The notes: generated by a model not told the origin, from the sequence alone. A DNA stretch of 62,175 bases, filler included, from 5 parts of 5 records of this genome joined end to end with filler, not necessarily neighbours in it, one strand, 5' to 3'. Numbered from the whole stretch's first letter, positions 19,369-31,425 are shown. Numbers and translations: made by a program.

Positions 19369-20196
19369 TTATTCGCCTTTTACAGTAGCCAAACTTGATG
19401 CGTTGATATCAGTATTTTTTGCCTTTCCTTTATATCTTACAGAGCTTGCACTAGATGCATCAACATCTAAAGAACCTACCACGGTAACTTTAACATCAGC
19501 AGCACTACTTACATCTATTTCAGCATCTACAACAACAAATTCAAAAGCTTTTAGATCACTGCCGCTTGAAGCACTTAAATTCATTTTTTTTGCTGATCCT
19601 TCTATTGTTACATCTGATCCACTTGAAAGATCTATTTCAATATCATCCAGGTCTTTTGCTTTGATATCAAGGTCGCTGCCACTTGAAGCATCTATATCCA
19701 AAATTTTACCTTCAAATTTCACAATAGCATCAGAACCGGAGCTCATATCAAATTCAGCTTTATTGGCAGTAAGTTTAATTTTTATGTCGCTACCAGATGA
19801 CATATCCACTTCCATTTCATCAGCTTTGATTCCATCCTCAGCATAAATATCAGAACCTGATGATCCTTTTATGCGATTTAATTCTTTAAAGGTTAAGTGG
19901 GCTTTTAATGATTTTGGTTTTCTAATATTTTTCTCAGTATAAATCCTTAATGTCCCGTTTTTAACTTCAGTTTTGATGTGCTCTAAAAGGTTTTCATCAA
20001 CCTCAAGAACTAATTTATTCTCTGAACCCTGAGTAAGGTATAAATCAATTCCATCTGAAACAGACACTTTATTAAAGTCTTTAACGGAGCGCTCTTCTTT
20101 CACAACTTTTTTGTTTCCTTCAATGGTAGGTTTTGCTATCGCTACGGCACTTATTGAGAAAACAATGATTCCAAAAATAATTGCTATTCTTTTCAT
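19369..20196 (-). CDS. GIN / DUF2807 beta-helix protein
   Basis: Signal peptide, VDENLLEHI, repeated SSGSD units about 19-20 aa apart. Confidence 0.85.
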   Translation of the reverse strand: MKRIAIIFGIIVFSISAVAIAKPTIEGNKKVVKEERSVKDFNKVSVSDGIDLYLTQGSENKLVLEVDENLLEHIKTEVKNGTLRIYTEKNIRKPKSLKAHLTFKELNRIKGSSGSDIYAEDGIKADEMEVDMSSGSDIKIKLTANKAEFDMSSGSDAIVKFEGKILDIDASSGSDLDIKAKDLDDIEIDLSSGSDVTIEGSAKKMNLSASSGSDLKAFEFVVVDAEIDVSSAADVKVTVVGSLDVDASSASSVRYKGKAKNTDINASSLATVKGE

Positions 20197-20230
20197 TTTT
20201 ATTGGTTTTAAAAATTAATAATCATCTATA

Positions 20231-20257
20231 AGACGAATAAAAATAGATACCGTTGCA
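20231..20257 (-). promoter_or_regulatory. Putative ECF-sigma promoter
   Basis: Minus strand TGCAAC-N16-CGTCT about 35 nt upstream of the GIN start; fits the AAC/CGT ECF pattern. Confidence 0.6.
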
Positions 20258-20378
20258 AAAAATGGAGCTATACTATAAAAAAAGAAAAGATTTTTGAATT
20301 TAGTCAACAATCATTATCTGTTCATACTATAATTTATAATTTTGTAAACTGAAATAATCATTAGATAAAATCCAAACT

Positions 20379-20891
20379 ATGGACACAATAAAAGCAATAA
20401 TGAGTAGAAGAAGTATTCGCAAATTTAAAGATACTCCTGTTACTGACGATCAAATAAAAATATTATTAGAAGCAGCAATGCAAGCACCAAGCGCAGGTGA
20501 TGGACGACCATGGCATTTTGTAGTTATTAAAGACAAACAAAAATTAGATGCAATAGCTGATAAAATTGATGAAGGCAATGCCATGTTCAAAGAAGCACAG
20601 GCTGCAATTTTAATTGTTGGTGATCCTGGCAAAGAAGGTTTCCCTGGATTCTATCCACAAGATTGCTCATGTGCAGCCCAAAATTTACAATTAGCTGCAC
20701 ACGATTTGGGGCTTGGAACGGTATGGATTGCTCTATGGAGTGTAAAACCACGAATAGATGGCTTAAATGAGGTTGTAAAAATACCTGACAATCTCGATCC
20801 TTTTGCCATTTTCCCAATAGGGTATCCTAATGAAGACCTGGGCGAAGATTATCGTTTTGATGACAAATTGGTTCATTACGATGAATGGTAG
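20379..20891 (+). CDS. Nitroreductase family protein
   Basis: RRSIRKF, APSAGDGRPWHF, LGLGTVW; TAATTTTG promoter element at 20337-20344. Confidence 0.92.
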   Translation: MDTIKAIMSRRSIRKFKDTPVTDDQIKILLEAAMQAPSAGDGRPWHFVVIKDKQKLDAIADKIDEGNAMFKEAQAAILIVGDPGKEGFPGFYPQDCSCAAQNLQLAAHDLGLGTVWIALWSVKPRIDGLNEVVKIPDNLDPFAIFPIGYPNEDLGEDYRFDDKLVHYDEW

Positions 20892-20916
20892 AAACCAATC
20901 AAAGTATAAATCACAG

Positions 20917-20952
20917 AATGGGCAATAAAAATGGGTATTATTGCCCATTTTT
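20917..20952 (+). terminator. Rho-independent terminator
   Basis: AATGGGCAATAA...TTATTGCCCATT followed by T-run. Confidence 0.65.
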
Positions 20953-20998
20953 ATTTGATAAAAATCTTCTACTTTTATTCAATATAGTTGTTAAATAA

Positions 20999-22591
20999 AT
21001 GCATAATAATATTCATACCCGTTCCGATCAAAAACCTGATAACTTTAAAGATATAGCTCTTCAAAGTCCGGTCACTATCGTTATTACGAATCTTGCCGGC
21101 AATATTACCTTTGTAAATCCAAAATTCACAGAACTTACCGGCTATACAGAAGAAGAAGTAATGGGTAAAAATCCACGTATCTTAAACTCAGGTCAAACAC
21201 CGAAAAGTGTATTTAAAGAGATGTGGAAAAAAATATCGAGGGGGGAAAACTGGACAGGGAAATTTATCAACAAAAGAAAAAACGGAGAACTATTTCACGA
21301 AAAAGCACAGATGTCGCCATTTTATAAGAATGGCAAACATGTAGGATACCTGGCAATAAAGGAAGATATTACGGAGCAAGAAGAGAATAAAATGAGGATT
21401 GAAAAACTTAATATTCAGCTTCGACAAAATTTAGATGAATTGCACGCTGCCTACGAAGAATTAAATACTATAAATGAAACGCTTAAACAAGAACGAGAGC
21501 AATTTCTTTCTTTACTTAACAGTATTCCGGAACCAATATTTGTAACAGAAAAAAACTCAAATATTATATTATTTGCTAACAATAAAATAAATGAACTGGT
21601 AGGCAGAAATATTATTGGAGAGAAGTGTTACAAAGCCATTCAAGACAAAGGTGGACAATGTGACTTCTGTAATAGTCAGGAAGCAATAGATGAAAAGAAA
21701 ACATGCTACTGGGAACACTTTAACGAGAAACTCAATAAGCATTTTTACATTATTGACAGACATATCACATGGCTGGAAGGTGAAGATGCACACTTTCAAT
21801 TATCTATTGATATTACCAAAAGAAAAGAATTTGAAAACAAACTCAAACAAACACAATTAGATTTACAAAATCATAGAGATCAGCTGTTGGAATTAATTGC
21901 AACAAAAGATAAGTTCTTTTCCATCATTTCTCATGATTTAAAAAATCCGTTCAGCTCAATTATGGGTTTGGCTGAAATGCTAAAAGAAAAAGCTGGAAAT
22001 ATGGATAAAGAAACCATTATAAGATTTGCAGGTCATATCTCTCAGGCGAGTCACAATTCGTACAAATTACTTCAGAATTTATTAGAATGGTCGCGTTCCC
22101 AGATGGGAAAAATGAACTTTGAATTAGGAAACTATAATTTAAAAAAACTTACTGAAGAGGTTATTGAATTGTTATATAGTCAGGCAAAAAACAAAGATAT
22201 TTCTATTGAGCTAAACAGTTCAACAGATTTGCTAATTCATGCTGATTATAACATGTTAAGTACTATTTTGAGAAATCTAATCTCTAACGCCATAAAATTC
22301 AGCCCTAAAGGAAAATCAATAGTAATAACCGCGTCAAATCAGGATTCATTTACCGAAATCAAAGTTATTGATCATGGTAAAGGAATGAGTGAAAAAATTC
22401 GCAATAACCTATTCAAGATTTCAGAAAAAGTCACAACACCAGGTACCGAAGATGAAAAAGGAACAGGACTAGGATTATTACTTTGCAAAGAATTTATTGA
22501 TAAGCATGGTGGAACTATAGAGGTAGAAAGCGAAATAAACACAGGATCAACATTTATAGTTAAATTGCCCGCTACTCATGAAGTAGGCTAA
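20999..22591 (+). CDS. Cytoplasmic PAS-domain sensor histidine kinase
   Basis: Two PAS domains, H-box ISHDLKNP, N-box NLISNAIKF, G-boxes DHGKGM and GTGLGL. Confidence 0.92.
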   Translation: MHNNIHTRSDQKPDNFKDIALQSPVTIVITNLAGNITFVNPKFTELTGYTEEEVMGKNPRILNSGQTPKSVFKEMWKKISRGENWTGKFINKRKNGELFHEKAQMSPFYKNGKHVGYLAIKEDITEQEENKMRIEKLNIQLRQNLDELHAAYEELNTINETLKQEREQFLSLLNSIPEPIFVTEKNSNIILFANNKINELVGRNIIGEKCYKAIQDKGGQCDFCNSQEAIDEKKTCYWEHFNEKLNKHFYIIDRHITWLEGEDAHFQLSIDITKRKEFENKLKQTQLDLQNHRDQLLELIATKDKFFSIISHDLKNPFSSIMGLAEMLKEKAGNMDKETIIRFAGHISQASHNSYKLLQNLLEWSRSQMGKMNFELGNYNLKKLTEEVIELLYSQAKNKDISIELNSSTDLLIHADYNMLSTILRNLISNAIKFSPKGKSIVITASNQDSFTEIKVIDHGKGMSEKIRNNLFKISEKVTTPGTEDEKGTGLGLLLCKEFIDKHGGTIEVESEINTGSTFIVKLPATHEVG

Positions 22592-22612
22592 AAGCCAAAT
22601 GATAAAACTCTC

Positions 22613-24814
22613 CTATATTAATTTAACTCCCAGTACAATTACATCATCAATTTGTTCTTCATCACCTTTCCATGATTCAAGTTCTTGTTTAATAATCTTA
22701 TTCTGATCAATCATTGGTTTTTCAGCATTTGATTTCAATAATTGATAGAATTTCCTTTTTGAATACTTTTTATAGGTTACACTATTAAACTGATCATAAA
22801 AACCATCACTGAATAAATAAATGCAATCATTCTTCTCTAACTGAATTTCTGTTTGAGAAAAATCATCCATTTTAACATAATTGGAGACAGGCATCAAGTC
22901 AGGTTTATACTCTAGCAGTTCATCATTTCTGACAATTAATATTGGATGATTTGCCCCACTATATAACATGGTGTTTTTTTCAGTATCAATTGAAACAAAA
23001 GCTATCTCAAGTCCATCTTTGCCTCCCATACTTTTATCCTGCTGCTTTAATGAAGAAATAATTAACTGCCTCATTAAATTCAAAACTGCAGCAGGTTGTT
23101 CTACATCTTCACCTTTAACAATCTCATTTAATAATGAAATACTCAAAACACTCATAAACGCTCCGGGAACTCCATGTCCGGTACAATCACCTACTGCTAG
23201 AAAGATTTTACTATCTTTTTTATAAGCCCAATAAAAATCACCACTCACTACATCTTTTGGAGCAAAATAAACAAAATAGTCTTTCAAAACCTGATCTAAC
23301 ATGCTTTTAGAAGGAAGAAGAGAATCCTGTATTTGTCTGGCATATTTAATACTATCATTTATCTGACCACTTTGATATTCAATTTGTTTGTTTCGTTCTG
23401 CCAGGTGGTCTCTTTGAACTAATATTTCTTCATTCTGTTGTTGTATTTGCACATTTTGCTCAGATAAGTTATCTCGCTGTACCGTAATCTCCTCATTTTG
23501 CTGCTCAATAGTGGCATTTTTCTCTTTAAGTAAGTTATTAACCTTACGTATTTTAAAGTATGCTCTTAAAACAAAAATCAATAAAATAATAATTAGTACT
23601 ATCGATATTATTATAATCCTGTTTACTATTTTGGTATTTTGAATAATGATTTGATCTATTCTTTGTTGATGTTTTAATTCTTGAATCTCCTTTTCTTGCT
23701 CAATAGTTTCATATTTCGTTTGAAGTTCAAGTAATTTAGATTCCTTGGTTTTGAGAGCTAAACTATCTTTATAATCACTGTATAACTTATAGTTAGCCAA
23801 GGCCTCACTTAATGATCCTTTGCTTTCGTATGCATAGGACATATTTCTGTATGCATGTCCAATTAAACCAACATCATTTAATTGTTTAGCATATTTTAAT
23901 CCTTCATTTAAGAATTCAAATGCTTTAGTATAATTACCTTTCATACTAAACATTTTTCCTACAGATAGAGAACTATGGACAACCCCTCGTAAATTATTTA
24001 GCTCCTTTTTTATCTCAAGTGATTTCACCAAATACTTTTCGGCTTCACTCATGTCTTCCCAGCTAATTATTTCACCCAAATTCTGATAGCACACTGCTTC
24101 ACCTCTCCTATCCCCCAGTGCCTTGCTCATTTCTAATGCTTTAAATGTATAGTATTTTGCAGAATCGCGTTTTTGATATAATGAATAAAAAGCACCTGTA
24201 TTTCTTAATGTTGTAGCATACTTTGGAGTTGGTTTTGAACCATACTGTTCAAAATATTTCAGAGCTTTAAGATGATAATTTAATGCATTGCGAACATCCT
24301 CCTGATAATAATAAATAACACCTACATTCACAATCGTATTTATCGTCATATCTTTATCCCCCAAACTATCAGACAATTGTATAGCTTTCATATACATTTT
24401 TATTGCCGATTGATAATCATGTTGATTACTTTTACTCAATCCGTAATTATTGTAAATCAGAGCATTTAAACTATCATTTCTGTAATTCTTATTTAACTGA
24501 ATAGCCAATTCAAAAAGGCTATCAGCCTTTGGATAATTGCTCATTTTCTGATAATTCATCGCAATAGATGAAAGAATTGTAGGTCTAAATTTTTCTAATT
24601 CTTCATCACTATCTATTAGCTGTAAAGCCTGTTCTCCATAGATAACGGCGGTATCACCTGAAAGCCTTGAATAGGTTTGAATTAATGTATTTAAAATTTC
24701 TATTTTCTGTTTATTATCATTTGATTTTTGTAGAACCTGAAGTAAACTATCTACTCCAGAGGCACTGAGAATATTTCCCAATATCATTAGTAGTACAATA
24801 AAAAAGGGCTTCAT
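22613..24814 (-). CDS. TPR-repeat membrane protein with SpoIIE/PP2C phosphatase domain
   Basis: Periplasmic TPR repeats, one TM, coiled coil, VSGDFYW, DCTGHGVPGA, SDGFYDQF, QIDD. Confidence 0.9.
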   Translation of the reverse strand: MKPFFIVLLMILGNILSASGVDSLLQVLQKSNDNKQKIEILNTLIQTYSRLSGDTAVIYGEQALQLIDSDEELEKFRPTILSSIAMNYQKMSNYPKADSLFELAIQLNKNYRNDSLNALIYNNYGLSKSNQHDYQSAIKMYMKAIQLSDSLGDKDMTINTIVNVGVIYYYQEDVRNALNYHLKALKYFEQYGSKPTPKYATTLRNTGAFYSLYQKRDSAKYYTFKALEMSKALGDRRGEAVCYQNLGEIISWEDMSEAEKYLVKSLEIKKELNNLRGVVHSSLSVGKMFSMKGNYTKAFEFLNEGLKYAKQLNDVGLIGHAYRNMSYAYESKGSLSEALANYKLYSDYKDSLALKTKESKLLELQTKYETIEQEKEIQELKHQQRIDQIIIQNTKIVNRIIIISIVLIIILLIFVLRAYFKIRKVNNLLKEKNATIEQQNEEITVQRDNLSEQNVQIQQQNEEILVQRDHLAERNKQIEYQSGQINDSIKYARQIQDSLLPSKSMLDQVLKDYFVYFAPKDVVSGDFYWAYKKDSKIFLAVGDCTGHGVPGAFMSVLSISLLNEIVKGEDVEQPAAVLNLMRQLIISSLKQQDKSMGGKDGLEIAFVSIDTEKNTMLYSGANHPILIVRNDELLEYKPDLMPVSNYVKMDDFSQTEIQLEKNDCIYLFSDGFYDQFNSVTYKKYSKRKFYQLLKSNAEKPMIDQNKIIKQELESWKGDEEQIDDVIVLGVKLI

Positions 24815-24886
24815 AATCTTTATTTTTAGCTTATTAAGATACTAATAAAGATGAAAAAGCCCACTATGAAAGGTTCAAAAAAACTT

Positions 24887-26170
<1,284 letters not shown>

Positions 26171-26491
26171 TTAATGATCTAATAAAACAGGTCAAATAAG
26201 ACCAAAAAATAAGCACAAACGCCGCTCGAACAGCTTTTGTGCAATACGAGTGCTAAGGTACAAATTTTTTCTCAAACCCCCGCCAATGAACAGCATCATA
26301 TTATCAACAAACCCCCGTCAACCTTTAATAACTATCTATCAATGAATTAAGCATGATTTAAGAAACAAAATATAAGAAAAATAAACAATACAATATGTAC
26401 AAAAATGTACAGTTCAAACATAAAAATATGTATTGGTTAAAATTTTTCTATTTTTGCTCTTAATGAAATTCAAATATTAAAACATATAATA

Positions 26492-28312
26492 ATGAAACGT
26501 ACATTTATCGCATCATTTTTAGCACTAATTGTTACAGCTTTTGCTTTCATTCCGGCAGATGCCTGTACCAACTTTCTTGTTACAAAAGGAGCTTCTACAG
26601 ACGGATCAACCATGATCAGTTATGCAGCCGACTCTCATGTATTATACGGAGAGCTATATTATCGCCCTGCAGCTGATTACCCTGAAGGAGCTATGGTTAA
26701 AGTATATGAGTGGGACACCGGAAAATATCTTGGTGAAATTCCCCAGGTAAGACACACCTACACAGTGATTGGAAATATGAATGAACACCAGTTAGCCATT
26801 GGTGAAACAACATATGGTGGAAGACATGAATTAGTTGACACAACAGGAATAATTGACTACGGTAGTTTAATATACCTCACACTTCAGCGTGCCAAAACAG
26901 CTCGCGAAGCCATAAAAACAATGGTTGAGCTAACTTCTGAATATGGATATTACAGCTCTGGTGAATCATTATCAATAGCTGATAAAGATGAAGTATGGAT
27001 TATGGAAATTATTGGAAAAGGACCAGGTAATAAAGGTATTGTATGGGTTGCACGCCAAATTCCGGATGGATATGTTTCAGCTCATGCTAATCAGGCCAGA
27101 ATCACAACCTTCCCATTTAGTGAAACTAATGACTGGTTCAATGAAGAGCAAACTACTTTTCATGCACCTGATGTAATTACATTCGCCAAAGAAAAAGGTT
27201 ATTACAAAGGTGAAGATAAAGACTTCAGTTTTTCTGATGTTTATGCACCATTGACTTTTGGCGGAGCACGTTTCTGCGAAATGCGTGTATGGTCATTCTT
27301 TAAAGATATAAACAAAGAAATGGATCAATATTTCGACTATGCAAGTGGAAAAATTGAGAAAAACGAGTTCGACATTGCCACTAACCGTATGCCATTATGG
27401 ATAAAGCCAGATGAAAAAATCTCTCCTCAGGATGTAATGGAATTCATGCGTGATCACCTTGAAGGCACTCCACTCGATATGCGCAAAGACGTTGGAGCAG
27501 GACCATTTGAGCGTCCATATCGCTGGCGCCCATTGACATGGTATGTTGATTCAGTGGAATATTGCAATGAAAGAGCAACCGCTACTCAGCAAACCGGATT
27601 TTCTTTTGTAACTCAATCACGTAATTGGTTACCTGATCCAATTGGTGGAATAAACTGGTTTGGTGTTGATGATGCTGCTACTTCTGTATATGTACCATTT
27701 TATGCAGGTATGCAAAAAGCTCCTGAAGCTTATGCAGAAGGTAATGGAAGCATGTATGAATGGTCAGAGACATCAGCTTTCTGGATATTTAACATGGTTT
27801 CAAACTTCGCATATTTGAGATTCAATATGATTGAGCCTGATATTCGCAAAGCTATGAAAGAATTGGATGAGAAATTCAAAAAAGAGGTAGCTGAGATAGA
27901 TCAAAAAGCCAAAGCTTTATATCAAAGTTCTCCATACAGAGCTAAAAAAATGGTCTCTGATTATTCAATAAAAGCAGGTCAATATACATTCGAACGTTGG
28001 AAAGAATTATTCCAATTCTTAATGATCAAATATGTAGATGGAAATATTAAGCCTGAGAAAGATGGTGAATTTCAAACCAATGGCACTGGAGTAGTGAAAG
28101 TTGAATTCCCTGGATATCCTGAATCTTTCTATCGTAGTATTGTTGAAGAAACAGGAGATAAATTACTTGTTTTAGGTAAAGATAACGTACCTGAGAAAAA
28201 AGAACAAGCTGAAACAGTTACCATATCAAAAACAAATATGAACATTATGATTGGTGCCATCATAGTATTGGTATTAATAGTATTGGTAATGGTTTTCAGA
28301 AAAAGAAGATAA
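26492..28312 (+). CDS. Peptidase C69 family dipeptidase (Ntn hydrolase) with C-terminal TM tail
   Basis: Signal peptide then N-terminal nucleophile C-TNF, MNEHQLAIGETT, HANQARI; TATTTTTG promoter at 26449-26456. Confidence 0.9.
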   Translation: MKRTFIASFLALIVTAFAFIPADACTNFLVTKGASTDGSTMISYAADSHVLYGELYYRPAADYPEGAMVKVYEWDTGKYLGEIPQVRHTYTVIGNMNEHQLAIGETTYGGRHELVDTTGIIDYGSLIYLTLQRAKTAREAIKTMVELTSEYGYYSSGESLSIADKDEVWIMEIIGKGPGNKGIVWVARQIPDGYVSAHANQARITTFPFSETNDWFNEEQTTFHAPDVITFAKEKGYYKGEDKDFSFSDVYAPLTFGGARFCEMRVWSFFKDINKEMDQYFDYASGKIEKNEFDIATNRMPLWIKPDEKISPQDVMEFMRDHLEGTPLDMRKDVGAGPFERPYRWRPLTWYVDSVEYCNERATATQQTGFSFVTQSRNWLPDPIGGINWFGVDDAATSVYVPFYAGMQKAPEAYAEGNGSMYEWSETSAFWIFNMVSNFAYLRFNMIEPDIRKAMKELDEKFKKEVAEIDQKAKALYQSSPYRAKKMVSDYSIKAGQYTFERWKELFQFLMIKYVDGNIKPEKDGEFQTNGTGVVKVEFPGYPESFYRSIVEETGDKLLVLGKDNVPEKKEQAETVTISKTNMNIMIGAIIVLVLIVLVMVFRKRR

Positions 28313-28333
28313 AAAATCTCAATGATATTCACT

Positions 28334-28361
28334 AAAGCCATCCATAAGGGTGGCTTTTTTT
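28334..28361 (+). terminator. Rho-independent terminator
   Basis: AAAGCCATCC-ATAA-GGGTGGCTTT followed by T-run. Confidence 0.8.
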
Positions 28362-28480
28362 ATACTCAATCGTTTTTGTAAACAATTTATTCGATAGCTT
28401 AAAACAACTTACGTTATTATTCATTTTTCTACAGGCTTTTTTAGCTTAATTTTCTATTTTTGCACAAAAAAGAATACACA

Positions 28481-29833
28481 ATGGAAAAATTCAGTCTGAT
28501 GGCCGTATCACCTGTTGATGGTCGATACATGAACAAAACAAAAGGTTTACAAGAGTATCTTTCAGAGTATGCAGTCATTAAGTACCGAATTTGGGTAGAA
28601 ATTGAATATTTTATCGCACTCTGCGAATTACCTCTACCACAGCTGAAAGATTTTGATCAAAACCTATTTGATAAATTACGTATGCTATATCAAGGATTTA
28701 ATCCTGATGATGCAAAACGAGTTAAAGAAATTGAAAAGGTTACTAACCACGATGTAAAAGCAGTAGAATACTACATCAAAGAAAAGTTAGAAGGGCTCAA
28801 TATTGGTAAATACCTTGAATTTGTGCACTTTGGGCTTACTTCACAGGATATTAATAATACGGCATTCCCGGCAGCTATGCGTGATGCTGTGAATAAATTA
28901 TATTATCCGCTATTAGAAAGTTTGATGGAAGAGCTAGAAGATAAAGCGCTGCTATGGAAAGACCATGCTATGTTAGCTCGCACACACGGTCAACCTGCCT
29001 CACCCACAACCCTTGGCAAAGAAATAAAAGTATTTATTGAAAGGGTAATTAAGCAATACGATTTCCTCAAAGAAATACCCGCCAATGGTAAATTTGGAGG
29101 CGCTACCGGTAACTTTAATGCTCATTATGTTGCATACCCTGACATTGATTGGGTAGAGTTTGCCAATAATTTTGTAAGTGAACATCTCAAATTGGAACGC
29201 TTGCAAACAACAACCCAGATTTCACATTATGATGATATGGGTGCCATTTTTGATACACTAAAGCGAATTAATACTATTTTGCTTGACTTCAGTAAAGATA
29301 TGTGGGCATATGTATCAATGGATTATTTCAAACAAAAAATTAAAGAAGGTGAAGTAGGCTCATCCGCAATGCCTCACAAAGTCAACCCTATTGATTTTGA
29401 GAATGCTGAAGGTAATTTGGGAATTGCAAACGCCCTATTTGAGCACCTCTCAGCCAAACTTCCAATCTCAAGATTACAAAGAGATTTAACAGATTCTACG
29501 GTAATTAGAAATATTGGTGTACCTTTAGGTCATACAATTATTGCATTACAATCGCTTTTAAAAGGAGTTGATAAACTCATTTTAAATGAAGATAAACTTT
29601 ATGAAGATCTGGAAAATAATTGGGCAGTAGTTGCAGAAGCAATTCAAACAGTGTTGAGGCGAGAGGGAGTTGAAAAACCTTATGAGAAATTGAAAGATCT
29701 CACACGTAAAAATGAAAAAATAACACAACAATCAATTCATAATTTTATCGACACACTAGAAGTTACAAACGCGGTAAAAGAAGAATTAAAAAAAATAACC
29801 CCTTTTAATTATACAGGGATTACTACTAAATAA
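28481..29833 (+). CDS. purB: Adenylosuccinate lyase
   Basis: SPVDGRY, TNHDVKAVEY, RTHGQ, GSSAMPHKVNPIDFE. ATG 28481 chosen because TTG 28460 lies inside the TATTTTTG promoter element (28455-28462). Confidence 0.97.
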   Translation: MEKFSLMAVSPVDGRYMNKTKGLQEYLSEYAVIKYRIWVEIEYFIALCELPLPQLKDFDQNLFDKLRMLYQGFNPDDAKRVKEIEKVTNHDVKAVEYYIKEKLEGLNIGKYLEFVHFGLTSQDINNTAFPAAMRDAVNKLYYPLLESLMEELEDKALLWKDHAMLARTHGQPASPTTLGKEIKVFIERVIKQYDFLKEIPANGKFGGATGNFNAHYVAYPDIDWVEFANNFVSEHLKLERLQTTTQISHYDDMGAIFDTLKRINTILLDFSKDMWAYVSMDYFKQKIKEGEVGSSAMPHKVNPIDFENAEGNLGIANALFEHLSAKLPISRLQRDLTDSTVIRNIGVPLGHTIIALQSLLKGVDKLILNEDKLYEDLENNWAVVAEAIQTVLRREGVEKPYEKLKDLTRKNEKITQQSIHNFIDTLEVTNAVKEELKKITPFNYTGITTK

Positions 29834-29856
29834 AGTAGAAAAAGAGCAAAAGGTAG

Positions 29857-31425
29857 ATGAAGAGTTTCACCAGGATCTGGAATAATAAACCGCTGCGAGT
29901 TATCATACTTATTGCATTGGTATTAAGACTTGTGGCTGTTATTTTCTCCAAAGGATATATTGTGCATGATGATCACTTTAATGTGATTGAAACGGCACAA
30001 GCCTGGGTTGATGGTACAACTTATGAAAACTGGTTACCGGATGAATCGGGAGAAGTAAAAGCTAAACCCAAAGGAATCAGTTTTACATACGTTGGTATTC
30101 ACTACATGTTATTTAAGGGTTTTGAAGCCCTTGGCATTATGAATGCTACTTCCAAAATGCTCATCATCCGTTTTTTACATGCACTGTTTTCATTGTTAGT
30201 TGTCAGCTATGCATACCGAATCACCCATCTGGTAAGTAATAAAGACCTTGCACGATATGTTGGACTGCTAATTGCCACATTCTGGATTATGCCATTTGTA
30301 AGCGTGCACAATATGGCAGAGTTCTTTGCAGTTCCCTTTTTGATGTTAGCTATTTGGTTTATGGTGCGCCCGCAATATCGTGATAAACCCCGTAAATGGG
30401 CATTCTTTGCGGGATTGGTTTTAGGCACTGCTTTTTCCATTTGGTTTTTTATTTTCATTTTTGTGATTGGTTACTTTTTTGTTCTGATTTACAATAAAAG
30501 ATGGCCAAGCTTAATACTTTCATTCACTGGATTTTTAATAACAACCGCTCTTTTCCAGGGAATAATAGATTATCAAATTTGGGGAAAACCATTTGTAGAA
30601 CTTAGTACTTTCTTAAAGGAACTTGAAATTCCGTTCACAAAACCACGTCGGACAATTTTCTCAATGTATACGGTATTACTGCTGCTTGTATTGATACCTC
30701 CAATTAGCATATTTTGGTTAGTTGGCTGGATAAGAAGTTACAAGAAAAACCTATTACTATTTCTACCTGCTTTCCTCATGTTCATTTTCTTTTCATTCTC
30801 CATTCAGCAACATGAGCGTTTTATAATGGCTGTTTTCCCATTTATTGTTATTTCAGGCGTAATCGGATGGAATCGATATTTAACAAAGTCAGTATTCTGG
30901 AACAATCATCCGGGACTTTATCGTTCTATTGTGATTATATTTTGGGTAATCAATTTTACATTGCTACTCCCAGTTACCACAATGTATTCAAAACGGTCCC
31001 AGGTAGAGAGCATGCTCTATATGCAAAAACAAAAAAGACAAACCGAAAATATCTTGATAGAAGATTCCAATCGAAGATCAGTAAAATCTATGCCCCTTTT
31101 TTACATGGAGAAGTGGGTTAATATGTACAAGCTACCTAAATATAAGGAGTATGAGGAAATGGAAGTTAAACAACGCTCTAACTGGGAATATGTAATTTCA
31201 ACTCCCCGATATTTCCAAATAGACAGTGCTCAAATTCCTGATTATGTATTATTTGTAGGCAAAAAACGTCTTGATGAACGCGTACAAAGACTTCAACCCT
31301 TTCTACCTGAAATGCAATACAAAAAAACCATTGAATCAGGTATCTTAGATCGTTTTTTATATAAACTGAACCCAAAACGAAATGTCAACCGCAATATTTA
31401 CATTTACCAGGTTCAAAAAGATTAA
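29857..31425 (+). CDS. GT-C membrane glycosyltransferase (Alg9/ArnT-like)
   Basis: About 10 TM helices, acidic motif HDDHF after TM1, HERF motif. Confidence 0.75.
   Translation: MKSFTRIWNNKPLRVIILIALVLRLVAVIFSKGYIVHDDHFNVIETAQAWVDGTTYENWLPDESGEVKAKPKGISFTYVGIHYMLFKGFEALGIMNATSKMLIIRFLHALFSLLVVSYAYRITHLVSNKDLARYVGLLIATFWIMPFVSVHNMAEFFAVPFLMLAIWFMVRPQYRDKPRKWAFFAGLVLGTAFSIWFFIFIFVIGYFFVLIYNKRWPSLILSFTGFLITTALFQGIIDYQIWGKPFVELSTFLKELEIPFTKPRRTIFSMYTVLLLLVLIPPISIFWLVGWIRSYKKNLLLFLPAFLMFIFFSFSIQQHERFIMAVFPFIVISGVIGWNRYLTKSVFWNNHPGLYRSIVIIFWVINFTLLLPVTTMYSKRSQVESMLYMQKQKRQTENILIEDSNRRSVKSMPLFYMEKWVNMYKLPKYKEYEEMEVKQRSNWEYVISTPRYFQIDSAQIPDYVLFVGKKRLDERVQRLQPFLPEMQYKKTIESGILDRFLYKLNPKRNVNRNIYIYQVQKD

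Noticed and set aside
23380..23520. 21-aa duplication QQNEEI.VQRD.L in the TPR-SpoIIE protein
   Set aside because: Ordinary heptad coiled-coil repetition in this protein type
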